From positions 1 through 55,632 of the IMG/VR virus record IMGVR_UViG_3300045006_000223: 55,632 nucleotides of DNA, one strand, 5' to 3'. Origin of the DNA: a virus (taxonomy: Duplodnaviria; Caudoviricetes). Numbering within the stretch: the first letter of the stretch is position 1; each line of letters opens with the position of its first letter. Below are positions 45,112 through 54,304 of the stretch, piece by piece. The notes beneath the pieces are model-generated. The model saw only the letters and a program-made list of their open reading frames with translations, was not told where the DNA came from and made no database searches. The position numbers and the translations under genes were made by a program.

Positions 45112-45804
45112 TCAGGCCACAGTGGCGCGGAGGTCGACGTAGACCGCCTGGTTTTCGGGTTCGAGCACTTCAACCCAGCCGCCAAAGGTGGCGTTGGCCA
45201 GTGTGGGAGCGCCGATATTGGCTGCCAGCACCAGGGAAATGATGGGGAAGCCGCTTGCGTTGGCAAAGAAGATCGCCAAGCGGTCGCCGTCAGCACCGGC
45301 CTTCAGGGTGGCGATCCAGTCGGCGTAGACCTTGCGGACGGTGCCGGTGTCCTTGGTTTTGTCGCCCTTCAGGAGCGCGAGGAAGTTGGCTTCCTGACCA
45401 ACAGCGGTCATGGACTGCTTGTAGCCGACCAAGCCCTTGCGCACCAGTGTACCTTTGGCGTAGCCGGAGGGAATGCCGTGGCCGGCAACGGGATGGCCGG
45501 TCTGCATACCCTGCTCGAACTTCAGGACGCCGGCGAACCAAGCCTTGGTGGGCTTGTCGGCGTAGACGGCACCAGGAGCCGAATCGACGGTGGCAGTGTC
45601 GCGCCACAGGCCGCAGCCGAAAGGCACGATGCCGTCGACGTACAGGGCGCTGCCAGCACCGATGTTCATGCGGGAGAAGCCTTCCTGCAGGGCCGGGATG
45701 CGGCCGTCGATGTTCTTCATCAGGAAGCCGTTGCTGCGGTCCTGACCACGGAATACGTTGTTCTGGTCAATGCTCAGAGGAGCGCCAGGTCCGTAAGTGC
45801 TCAT
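45112..45804 (-). CDS. Capsid decoration/cement protein (putative)
   Basis: VPFGCGL, AGV pattern; between scaffold and MCP. Confidence 0.65.
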   Translation of the reverse strand: MSTYGPGAPLSIDQNNVFRGQDRSNGFLMKNIDGRIPALQEGFSRMNIGAGSALYVDGIVPFGCGLWRDTATVDSAPGAVYADKPTKAWFAGVLKFEQGMQTGHPVAGHGIPSGYAKGTLVRKGLVGYKQSMTAVGQEANFLALLKGDKTKDTGTVRKVYADWIATLKAGADGDRLAIFFANASGFPIISLVLAANIGAPTLANATFGGWVEVLEPENQAVYVDLRATVA

Positions 45805-45841
45805 TGTTCTCTACCTCCAGGTATTTGTTGACGGCCAACCG

Positions 45842-47113
45842 TCACTTGCTGCCGAACACACCGTCGAGCAGGAACGCGGCGTCTTCAGCGATGTTGCCGC
45901 TGGCACCGTCCACGGTCCGGCTGTCACCACCCTTGGCGTCGTCCTTGCCCTTGCCGCCAGAAACGCCGAGGGCCTTGGCAACGGCAGCGTCCACGGTGGC
46001 ACTGATGCTGTCGTTGACGCGCTTCAGCTCGTCCTGTAGGGGCTTGACGCTCTTGGCGATGGCCTCCTCGACAATGGTGGCGGTATCCTTGGTCTTGGCT
46101 TCATCGGCCTTCTTTTTCTTGGCCTCCTCGACAATGGTGGCGGTATCCTTGGTCTTGGCTTCATCGGCCTTCTTTTTCTTGGACTCGTCGTCCTCGTCAT
46201 CGTCACCGTCTTCGCCCTTGTCGAGAAGACCGTCCATGGTCTTCTTCAGCTCGGCGTCGTCCGCGTCGCGGCAACGGGCGTAGAGCTTGTCGATGATGTC
46301 CGACACTTCCTTTTCCTTGGCCACAGCCTCGACAGGGTGGCTGAAGCTGTCGCGAACGGCACCAATGAGAATTTCACGGGTGTCGCTTTCCGACAGGCAG
46401 GTGATGTGCGACATCACGTCCTCAACCGACTTGCTGACCCCGGCAGCGTCAAGAGTGTGTACCTGTTTGACAGCACTCATCACCACCTGGGAAAGCCTGA
46501 AATTGGCCTCGTCTTTGGCACGGCCGATGCCGAGAAAGCCCAACACGCCTTTCTTCATTTTCAAACCTCCGATGTTATTTTGCGGACGCGCACTGTCGGT
46601 GACACGCACGCTTGGCCCGCCTCTACCACGCTCGGTGAGGACGACGCCATTCACCGACATGATTTCCACTAATTCAAGATCATACTCTGGATTCTTGCTG
46701 AGCACAACCTTTGACCGGTAATCCGCGCTGGTTTCCTTGTGGCCGGCGTTGTAGTAGTCAGCTGCATCCTGCGTGTAAAACGCAATGTTGCCACTCAGCG
46801 CAACTTCACCATTGTCCAATGTGGTGACTTCGATATTTTCACCAATAATGCCACTTGCCTGCGAGCGAAAATTCTTGGGGTTGGTTTCCTCCGCGGTATG
46901 CTCAACTGTCATTGTGGTGAACGCGAACTTGTCCTTAGCACGAATAAGGACGTGCGCCGGCCGGTACTCGCGGTAGAAATCCTTTTTCACAGGCGGCTTG
47001 AAGCCGCGCTGCAGCATCTCGTCATACGAATACAGGTACACACCAGACCTAGCAAGAATGCCGTGTTTAACCATGATTGCCGGATGACTGTCACGTGTCT
47101 TTACAGCGCCCAT
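45842..47113 (-). CDS. DUF2213 prohead protease/scaffold
   Basis: LARSGVYLY, REYRP, TVEH, ETSADY, RGRGG..VRVTDS; acidic/basic scaffold tail. Confidence 0.85.
   Translation of the reverse strand: MGAVKTRDSHPAIMVKHGILARSGVYLYSYDEMLQRGFKPPVKKDFYREYRPAHVLIRAKDKFAFTTMTVEHTAEETNPKNFRSQASGIIGENIEVTTLDNGEVALSGNIAFYTQDAADYYNAGHKETSADYRSKVVLSKNPEYDLELVEIMSVNGVVLTERGRGGPSVRVTDSARPQNNIGGLKMKKGVLGFLGIGRAKDEANFRLSQVVMSAVKQVHTLDAAGVSKSVEDVMSHITCLSESDTREILIGAVRDSFSHPVEAVAKEKEVSDIIDKLYARCRDADDAELKKTMDGLLDKGEDGDDDEDDESKKKKADEAKTKDTATIVEEAKKKKADEAKTKDTATIVEEAIAKSVKPLQDELKRVNDSISATVDAAVAKALGVSGGKGKDDAKGGDSRTVDGASGNIAEDAAFLLDGVFGSK
46061..46180. repeat. Perfect 2 x 60 bp in-frame tandem duplication
   Basis: Encodes KKKKADEAKTKDTATIVEEA twice. 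Confidence 0.95.
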
Positions 47114-47123
47114 ATTGACTCCA

Positions 47124-47152
47124 ATTCTATCTTCGTATCAGCAATTAAGCAA
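47124..47152 (-). promoter_or_regulatory. Sigma70-like promoter for head genes
   Basis: TTGCTT-17-TAGAAT, adjacent to a TTTTTTCTGCC motif. Confidence 0.6.
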
Positions 47153-47168
47153 GAGGCAGAAAAAAGAA

Positions 47169-47831
47169 TCACGCGGAGTATTTCGGTACAATGATCACGT
47201 CCTTTCCGCCGACGCCGAAAGGCTTGATCATGGAGTTGACCTGGGGTATCGTGAGGACGATGTTGTCACCGAACTGGGATTTGTACTTGGTGGTCGGGTC
47301 GCCGAAGGGATCGTCAACCAGCCATGTCAGCACGACCCCGCTACCACCAGTTGAAAACCCGGCCAGCGACTCGAAGTGCCCGCTCATCACCTCCGATCCG
47401 TCCGCCCTGGTGAACACGAAGTCGCCATGGATCACCAGCCCGTCGCCGGCGATCAGGTGGTTGTGGATGCACACCTTCTCCTCGGCGTACACGCACCTGA
47501 TGCCTTTGCACCCGAAGTACTCACGCAGACCGACGGCCAGGATTTCCATGTACTCGTTCATCGGGTACTTTTTCTTCGGGTCAAGCGAGGCGTAGATTTG
47601 CTGGCACGCCACGTTCTGCCGCATGAAGAACAGCAGGTCCATCGGTGGTCTGGGGTGCAGCCCCTTGTTGAATTTCTCGACTGGCCAGCCGGCCGTAACC
47701 GCAGCTGTAATGCCGGCGGTCACATTGCAGGTTTCCATGGTTTCGTTCCACGGTGTGCTTGGATCGTCCGGGTTCAGCCGCTGGGAATAGTTCGGTTTTC
47801 CTTCGGAGTTGTTCACTGATAAGCCGCCCAT
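47169..47831 (-). CDS. Hypothetical protein between portal and protease
   Basis: AGGAGG SD, 220 aa. Confidence 0.8.
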   Translation of the reverse strand: MGGLSVNNSEGKPNYSQRLNPDDPSTPWNETMETCNVTAGITAAVTAGWPVEKFNKGLHPRPPMDLLFFMRQNVACQQIYASLDPKKKYPMNEYMEILAVGLREYFGCKGIRCVYAEEKVCIHNHLIAGDGLVIHGDFVFTRADGSEVMSGHFESLAGFSTGGSGVVLTWLVDDPFGDPTTKYKSQFGDNIVLTIPQVNSMIKPFGVGGKDVIIVPKYSA

Positions 47832-47840
47832 ACTGTCCTC

Positions 47841-49718
47841 CTACTGCACCTTTGCACGGGCTTTTTGCACGCCCTGCTTCTTGCCGGCTCCGACCTTCTC
47901 GTGCTTCTTCTGTTCAAGCGGGTCGTCGTAGCTGTGCCCCTTCTTTTCCTTGTCGCCTGACTTCGTGGCCGGTTTGGGTGTTGCCCCTCCTGCCGCCGGT
48001 GCCTGGCCAGCAGTTTCTATCTGCTTGTCCATCAGCTCCATTTCCCTCTCATGCTTCTCGGTTTCGCGGGCGTCCTTCACCGCCTGGCGGGCACGGATGT
48101 TTTCCATCAGTTCCGGGCTGATGGTGAACTCGTCGTCCGAGAACTGCCGGCTGATGTCGAGCGCTGCGTCTTCCGGCAGCCCGCCTGCCACGAGGTCGAA
48201 GAAGCCCTTCGTGATCTTGCCGGCAATCTCGGCCTTGTCCTTGGCGTTGGTGATGCGCGGATTGTCGAACTCGATGGTGACGTAGGGCAGGGCTGCCAGC
48301 ACGTCGCGGCCAATACCGAGGGCATTGATGACCGCCAGCTGTGCAATAGGCTTCAACTGGTGCGCCACGTCGATGTGAATGTACCGCGTGCCTTCGGACT
48401 GTTTCTCGTAGGCGCTGTCGGTGGAGTCACCGGACGAGAACGCCCCGCGCTCGCTGGACCACAGCAGTTCTTCAGGGATGTTCGCCCTGGCCGCAGCGTC
48501 CTGTCGGATCAGGCGGATCAGCTCTGGCACCTGCTTGAAGTCGCGCTGGATGGCCTTCAAATCGCCGATCACGTCCAAGTTTATGGGGTTGTTGATTGAT
48601 GCCTGTCGCACACGGAAGGTTTCGTCGAAGTCAATATGGTCCATGATGTCTGCACCTTCAGTCGCCATCAGCCCATCGACGTTGAATGTTCTGGCCAGTA
48701 TCGACATCTGGTTGATCATGTTCGGCACGGCTGACATCACATTGTAGTAATTGAAAACCGCTTCAATCCAGCCTGGAATGTCCGAGATGCCCCAGCCGAG
48801 CGTCATCAGGTTGCCCCAGTAACCGGACTGTGGTGCTGTAACGATCCTGGCGCATCGTTCGCCGCGCACATCCGCGCCGAGGAACGGGATGTAGTAGTGT
48901 TCAGGGCTGAGAAAATCCTTGGCTGTGGGGTTCCAGTTCGGAATGTGCACTGTGTTCCACCTGTCAAGCGCCGTGTAATAGTCGACACAACCCTTGCCTA
49001 CGACCCCAAGCCGCGCAAGTGTGGAAATTGGCATATCCATCGTGCCGGGTGTGTCCTGCTTGAAGACGGGGTATAACAGTGCTCCACCGTGCGTAAGGCT
49101 TGCATTGATGGCCTCCGCAATCTTGTGTGCCAGCCCGGTGCTGACCATGCTCGCCGCGATCTTGTCGTGCTGATCAGGGGACAGCATCTTGCACCTGATC
49201 CTGACGCCGTTCAGCAGAATCGACTGGCTCTTCTTGCGGATGATGGTTTCCGGCAAGCCCTTCTGGCTGTAGATGGCTGCTGCCTCTGCTGGGCTGATCC
49301 ACACGTTCGGCACAACGCGGTTGTTGAGCGCCGGGTCTTGCCCATAGACGCCAGACTGGGTGGTGGTATTTGATATGCCGCCGGCATACCCGCCGCCAGG
49401 CACGATGTCCCGTGTGATGGCGTCCATCACACGCTCGGTTAGTGGCTGTTTTGTCCTGAAGTTGGTCATCACCGCCGGAATTAGCCTGGAACTCCGTTCT
49501 TTGATGTCCTGCAGGCTGTCCGGCCTGCCAAGTATTCTTGTAACATGATTCTTCTGCTCGTTTTCGATTATGTCATTCACCAGCTGCTGCTTCGACAGCG
49601 GCAGCGGCTTGAAGCCATGCACATCGTTTATGATGCGCTGCCCGTCGCGTGTCCGGCCGGTACTCGTCTTCTGCGAGTTGATGATTTGCCATACCTCACG
49701 CCACCACATTGAAGCCAT
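47841..49718 (-). CDS. Portal protein (DUF1073-like)
   Basis: 625 aa after TerL; HGGALLY, WGISD, AARANIPEELLW patterns. Confidence 0.88.
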   Translation of the reverse strand: MASMWWREVWQIINSQKTSTGRTRDGQRIINDVHGFKPLPLSKQQLVNDIIENEQKNHVTRILGRPDSLQDIKERSSRLIPAVMTNFRTKQPLTERVMDAITRDIVPGGGYAGGISNTTTQSGVYGQDPALNNRVVPNVWISPAEAAAIYSQKGLPETIIRKKSQSILLNGVRIRCKMLSPDQHDKIAASMVSTGLAHKIAEAINASLTHGGALLYPVFKQDTPGTMDMPISTLARLGVVGKGCVDYYTALDRWNTVHIPNWNPTAKDFLSPEHYYIPFLGADVRGERCARIVTAPQSGYWGNLMTLGWGISDIPGWIEAVFNYYNVMSAVPNMINQMSILARTFNVDGLMATEGADIMDHIDFDETFRVRQASINNPINLDVIGDLKAIQRDFKQVPELIRLIRQDAAARANIPEELLWSSERGAFSSGDSTDSAYEKQSEGTRYIHIDVAHQLKPIAQLAVINALGIGRDVLAALPYVTIEFDNPRITNAKDKAEIAGKITKGFFDLVAGGLPEDAALDISRQFSDDEFTISPELMENIRARQAVKDARETEKHEREMELMDKQIETAGQAPAAGGATPKPATKSGDKEKKGHSYDDPLEQKKHEKVGAGKKQGVQKARAKVQ

Positions 49719-49777
49719 GATTGCCTCCCTTTCTGTTCCATATTACCCGATTTCCAAGGCAGAAAAAAGAGGGCCGG

Positions 49778-51148
49778 CTACAGTGCCGACGGGTTCAGTT
49801 CGGTGTACCCGCCTTCCAACTCCGTCACTGCCGGCTCTTCCTCATACATTTCCAGGTGCCGTGCTATCGTAACACGTTTTATGTCCCTGAGCGAGCGTTT
49901 GTTGCTGGCGAGGAAATAGCACATCATGCGTACTGTGTCGACATAGTGAATTGGCGAGTTCGGCCCGATACCTTTCGGTATCTTGCCGTTTTTGTCGCGC
50001 TGCGCCAGTGCACACGCCTCCGCGACTTCCTTCGCCATGGTCGTCAAGAATAGGCGTTTGGTGAAAAACAGCTTGTTGACCAAGAACGCACTGTCCTCAA
50101 CGAGCGGGTTCTTCCCGCGCTGAATCCAGTGAATCCTGAACTTTCGCAGTTCCTTTATGAAGTGGCTGATCTGGTCCTTGGCCGTCGTATCAGGTATCCA
50201 CACGATCTTGTTGTGGGGAAAGTCGTGCCGGACAACAGCCGGTGCTTCGCGGATGTCCGGGAAGTCATAGCTTTTTACGATGTATATGCGCCCGTTCCGC
50301 TCGACCCCAACACAGCCTCTAAAATAGCCGGTGTTGAAGTCCTGCGCCCAGTAGACCGTTTCGTCTTGGTCTATCTGCTGGTCCAGATCGGTATGTATGA
50401 AATTCCTATCCCAGTCGAAGTCGCCAATGACCCGCCCCGTCGAGATAGGCAGAAAAAAGCCTTCCAAGAATACCTTGCGCTCGGTTTCATTGTACATCCT
50501 GTACAGCGAATCGACGTATTCCGGGTCAAGATGCGGGTTGTCGCGTGTGCTGCCGCGAATGAGGACGAATGCAGCACCGGTCTTTATGAATTGGGTGTAC
50601 ACACGGTACAAACCTTTCTGCCCCTGGCTTGTTGAGCCGAAGCATAAAAATGGTTTTCTGATGTCTTTGATGATCTGGCGCGTGCGCTCGTTCATCGCCT
50701 TTATTGCTTCAAATGTGAGGTCGTCGCTCGCTGATGTGCCGAGGTCGTCTACCTCATCTCCGAAGAAACACCAACAGTTGAAACCTACGATCTTTGACGG
50801 CTCCGAAAGTGATACGAGAATTATCTTTACATTACCGATGACGATGGTGTTCAGCTTGGTGTCATGCTTGTATACTGTCTTTGATGCGTCGAGGTCTTCT
50901 TTTATCATCGCTACCGTCGTCTTTTCCAAGTGTGCCAGTGTTACACCGCCAAGCCCGATGGCAGGGCTGTGCCCTTCCGTGTCGTACTTGCCTTGCAGCA
51001 ACCGCACACAATGGAGAACTGCAGACGAGATGGAGGAAGTCTTTCCCGCGCCGTACCCTGCCACGAGAATGTGAAAACGTTTTTTCGGGAAAAGAAACGG
51101 TGATTGGATGAACTGTCCTTGGTGCTTTAGCAGCATTTTCTTTTTCAT
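49778..51148 (-). CDS. terL: Terminase large subunit
   Basis: LLKHQ, AGYGAGKT, FGDE, STRDNPHL, QDFN, HYVD. Confidence 0.93.
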   Translation of the reverse strand: MKKKMLLKHQGQFIQSPFLFPKKRFHILVAGYGAGKTSSISSAVLHCVRLLQGKYDTEGHSPAIGLGGVTLAHLEKTTVAMIKEDLDASKTVYKHDTKLNTIVIGNVKIILVSLSEPSKIVGFNCWCFFGDEVDDLGTSASDDLTFEAIKAMNERTRQIIKDIRKPFLCFGSTSQGQKGLYRVYTQFIKTGAAFVLIRGSTRDNPHLDPEYVDSLYRMYNETERKVFLEGFFLPISTGRVIGDFDWDRNFIHTDLDQQIDQDETVYWAQDFNTGYFRGCVGVERNGRIYIVKSYDFPDIREAPAVVRHDFPHNKIVWIPDTTAKDQISHFIKELRKFRIHWIQRGKNPLVEDSAFLVNKLFFTKRLFLTTMAKEVAEACALAQRDKNGKIPKGIGPNSPIHYVDTVRMMCYFLASNKRSLRDIKRVTIARHLEMYEEEPAVTELEGGYTELNPSAL

Positions 51149-51159
51149 CTATTCACCTG

Positions 51160-51801
51160 TTATTGTGCGGTAGCTATTTCTTCGAGCGACCCATCGGAAC
51201 TCATAATAAATGGGTCAGGCTCCTCGTCAAAATCCGGCCCGAAGCGTTTTCTTGCTGTTGGTGATACTGACTTTTCGCTTGACGATATTGACGAGTCATC
51301 CGATCCGTCGTGAATCTCCACGTTGCTCATCGCCTTAAATTCTTCCGCAGTCAATGCGATGTAGAAAATGTTCAGCGCGTCGTTTTCTTCTGCTTCTTTT
51401 GTCTTGGTTATGCTAAGGACATCGCGCCGCATATCCGCTACTTTCAGCCGCAGGTTCAGTGTGTCTTTTATGTCCTTAACATAGGCATCTGCATCTTTCG
51501 GATTGCGAATATCGTAGCTGCCTTCATCCGGCGTGCTATTCTTCAGTTCCTTGGAAATCTCCTCTATCTCCTCGATTTCCTCAAGAAATTTTTCTGCCAT
51601 GATCTGCCTGGTGGCGGTACGGTATTTTTCATTTTCAAGTACTATTGGGCGTAGCTTGCCGTCAACACCCATGTAGTTCAGCGACATGCTGTCATCGCCG
51701 AACTTTTCAAATGCGCAGATACAGGCGTCAATGAGTGCTGGTACGTAGGCTGGGTCGTTTTTGTCGGGTAACGTGGGGCGTGTCAATTTTTCGCTTGCCA
51801 T
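51160..51801 (-). CDS. Terminase small subunit (putative)
   Basis: Directly upstream of TerL; helical, acidic. Confidence 0.65.
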   Translation of the reverse strand: MASEKLTRPTLPDKNDPAYVPALIDACICAFEKFGDDSMSLNYMGVDGKLRPIVLENEKYRTATRQIMAEKFLEEIEEIEEISKELKNSTPDEGSYDIRNPKDADAYVKDIKDTLNLRLKVADMRRDVLSITKTKEAEENDALNIFYIALTAEEFKAMSNVEIHDGSDDSSISSSEKSVSPTARKRFGPDFDEEPDPFIMSSDGSLEEIATAQ

Positions 51802-51807
51802 GTGTCT

Positions 51808-51836
51808 ATATTACAATGCGTGTACAATACTGTCAA
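51808..51836 (-). promoter_or_regulatory. Sigma70-like promoter, possibly leaderless
   Basis: TTGACA-17-TAATAT, 6 nt before ATG 51801, no SD. Confidence 0.65.
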
Positions 51837-51963
51837 ACACCAACGAAACGTTTACATTTTCGTGCAAAGTATTGTATAAAATGCGCAAAGCAATGCCCTC
51901 GGTCAACGACACGAGGGCACTATTGATTCCATCATGCACAGTCGGTTTCCGCTTCTCTTTCAT
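51811..51963 (-). CDS. Possible 50-aa peptide (MKEKRKPTVHDG...)
   Basis: Strong AGGAGGAG SD, but overlaps a hairpin and the terS promoter. Confidence 0.35.
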   Translation of the reverse strand: MKEKRKPTVHDGINSALVSLTEGIALRILYNTLHENVNVSLVFDSIVHAL

Positions 51964-52114
51964 CTCCTCCTATAAGTTGATGTTCACCCACAAGGGCTAC
52001 AAGGTGTGGCAGTTTCGGTGACTGACTGCCGGCAGCGAGCAATGGCTGGGGAATTTGCGCTGCCCGGCCACTCACCTACAGATTGTCTTTTACCCACCAC
52101 ATACGCGGCCAGGG

Positions 52115-52285
52115 TTACTTCTTGCCAAGCCAGCCAAACACAGCGGCAATGGTGCCGGCCAACACGAATACACCGGCGACAATGGCCGTGACCATGTTTT
52201 CGCCGATGCCGGAAAGATACAGGCAAACGCATCCGGTAACAAGCCCGATGACACCGGTGATTTTCAGGATAGTCGATTTGTTCAT
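52115..52285 (-). CDS. Small 2-TM membrane protein (holin-like)
   Basis: GAGGAG SD; 56 aa, two TMs, KK end. Confidence 0.7.
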   Translation of the reverse strand: MNKSTILKITGVIGLVTGCVCLYLSGIGENMVTAIVAGVFVLAGTIAAVFGWLGKK

Positions 52286-52400
52286 TTGATACTCCTCGCT
52301 TCCTATTTTAGCATACCTGGCTGATCGGTGCAAACTATTTTATTTGTAGATGGCAATCACTATTTATCCGCTGTGAAAATTGCATATGGGCCGCTGTAAT

Positions 52401-52517
52401 AATGTAAAATGATAATTATTATTTACCCACTATGAAAAACTTGAAAATTGCGCGGGAAGAATGTAAAATGATAATTATTATTTACCCACTATGAAAAACT
52501 TGAAAATTGCGCGGGAA
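52401..52517. repeat. Tandem 58-bp direct repeat containing a Fur-box-like sequence
   Basis: 52401-52458 is identical to 52460-52517. Confidence 0.9.
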
Positions 52518-52552
52518 TAACGGTTGCGACCACCTGGCCACCAGGCCAAGGT

Positions 52553-52582
52553 AAAAATCAGGGCAGGGGAAATTCCCCTGCC
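52553..52582 (-). terminator. Terminator for 52594-53292
   Basis: GGCAGGGGA/TCCCCTGCC stem then T-run on the - strand. Confidence 0.7.
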
Positions 52583-52593
52583 TGCCGATTGCG

Positions 52594-53292
52594 CTACATT
52601 GCGTAGCGTACAATCAGTTCTAGAAAATCATTTACCGGTACACCTTTGGGCGCGTAGTTTTTTCGGATTGTTTCGTAATCCGGTGTATCGGCCGGAAGAT
52701 TGCCGGCCATGTATTGCTTGACTATTGCTGTCAGCCTTTTGCGTTTGGTAGTGCTCAGAGTCTGCCAATACTCGACAATCCACTCGCGCGCGACACCAGC
52801 ATTTTCGGTACTGTTTGCGTATTTGGTACTGTCGGCCTCGACAATTGACATCAGCATAGCCATAGCCATAGCATGGCGATCCTTTCGGGCTTGCCTTGCC
52901 TCGGCCTCTGGGTCGATCTCTTGCACAACGTCATACCTGATACGCGTATAGCTATCGCTTGTCCGGCTTGCAATGTCGGCGCATTCGCGTGCCAGCTTAG
53001 ACGGCATGGCTAGCTTGTAGTGCCTGCCTTCAGTTTGTTCGATTTCCAGCATCTCAACCGCCTCGGCATATGTGCGCAAACCGCCAAAGCCGGTACGTCT
53101 GATACGTTTAAGACAGCCGATAGTGTACCTTATCGCCGATATAGTGTCGTCCAGCTTGTCCGTGTCGCTTTTGGCTATCATGGCGCAAGCATAGACCCGC
53201 ATGCCCAAGTCTCGGCCAAAGTAGGCAATAAGTTTGCCAATATCCTGCCCATACTTTGCTACGCAAGCCGCAATCTTTTTTTCGTCCACCAT
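52594..53292 (-). CDS. Hypothetical early protein (232 aa)
   Basis: GGAGG SD before ATG 53292; downstream of the inverted motif copy. Confidence 0.8.
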   Translation of the reverse strand: MVDEKKIAACVAKYGQDIGKLIAYFGRDLGMRVYACAMIAKSDTDKLDDTISAIRYTIGCLKRIRRTGFGGLRTYAEAVEMLEIEQTEGRHYKLAMPSKLARECADIASRTSDSYTRIRYDVVQEIDPEAEARQARKDRHAMAMAMLMSIVEADSTKYANSTENAGVAREWIVEYWQTLSTTKRKRLTAIVKQYMAGNLPADTPDYETIRKNYAPKGVPVNDFLELIVRYAM

Positions 53293-53369
53293 GGTGTCCT
53301 CCAATACAAGTACCCTATCACGTGCGGCCGCAAATTGTCAAGCGACAATTTGCATTTATCGCTTTGCCT

Positions 53370-53399
53370 ATAGGCAATCAATCGGTAAAAACCGGATAA
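53370..53399 (-). promoter_or_regulatory. Bipartite motif copy 3 (inverted)
   Basis: Reverse complement reads TTATCCGGTTT-N11-TTGCCTAT and points toward the 53292 gene. Confidence 0.8.
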
Positions 53400-53611
53400 A
53401 ATTTTAATTCGTTACCTGTAAAAGAATTACGCCATTTCCTACGAAAATGTAGTTTACGCAATCGGTATCGTGAAATGAATAACGATTCTATATTTATACG
53501 GAAAAACCGGTTTCCACTGCATAATCATTGTATATTTTTGACTTGGCATGCTTATTGCGTGGCCGGAAAAACAGAAAAAAAGCCTGCGGACGGCCGCATC
53601 CGATATTTTTT

Positions 53612-54063
53612 TATCGTTCTATTTCCTTTCCTGGTAATGATTTACGTTATTACTACTGATTATGTATTATATACAGACCTGTTTTTACATTTTGTCGATG
53701 TAAAAAAGAGCGATTTTTAGGATACTTATACTTTTATAAGTAAAAAATTTTTGTTCACGGAATGAACATTCCGAACATTCCGAACATTCAGGTAGCAGTA
53801 GAATCGTATTCTGTCGTTATATATATGGCGAGCCCATCAAGCATGTCTTGACCGCATAGCCAGCATATGATAGACTGAGCTTGTCTATCGAGTCATGCAA
53901 TGTGACGACAAAGCGATTAGATAATTCCAACAAAAAAATCCAAAATCTCAAATTTGAAAAACAGTAGGGAAAATGGCTGGCTACTTGTAAAAACACGTCT
54001 ATAAATAATACCAATTTAGTAGTAATAACGTAAATCATTACACGGAAAAGAATTAAATCGATA
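53612..54063. repeat. Long imperfect inverted repeat in AT-rich non-coding region (putative origin/terminus)
   Basis: GTAATGATTTACGTTATTACTACT at 53634 with an exact reverse complement ending at 54041; similarity extends about 80 bp; GAACATTC x3 at 53764-53789 inside. Confidence 0.85.
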
Positions 54064-54224
54064 CAATTTTATAGATTATACCGCCTGGTATACGATATAC
54101 GATACTTTTGCATATTTATAATAAAAAACCGTCCGATTGCATCTGACGATGAATAAATACTCAATTAGGAATGAATGCGAATTATAACTCATTACACTAT
54201 AAGCAATTAAAATTTTGAAAATTT

Positions 54225-54254
54225 TTATCCGGTTTTGGCCGCCCCATTGCCTGT
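54225..54254 (+). promoter_or_regulatory. Bipartite motif copy 4
   Basis: TTATCCGGTTT-N11-TTGCCTGT. Confidence 0.75.
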
Positions 54255-54264
54255 ATGGTGTCAA

Positions 54265-54288
54265 GCGAGAGCGAGAGCGAGAGCGAGA
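54265..54288 (+). repeat. (GCGAGA)4 hexamer repeat in a 5' leader
   Basis: Direct reading. Confidence 0.85.
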
Positions 54289-54304
54289 CGAAAGCGAGGC
54301 CAAA

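Noticed and set aside
38299-46283. Long + strand ORFs (e.g. 43487-45142, 38299-39480, 39514-40644)
   Set aside because: Antisense to highly codon-biased structural genes; typical stop-free shadows with no SD or motifs
47841-49718. Portal as an Acb1-type anti-CBASS enzyme
   Set aside because: No paired HxT/S 2H-phosphoesterase motifs evident; synteny indicates portal
53475-54303. Short ORFs in the AT-rich region sharing MIYVITT
   Set aside because: The similarity comes from the DNA inverted repeat; no SD and atypical composition
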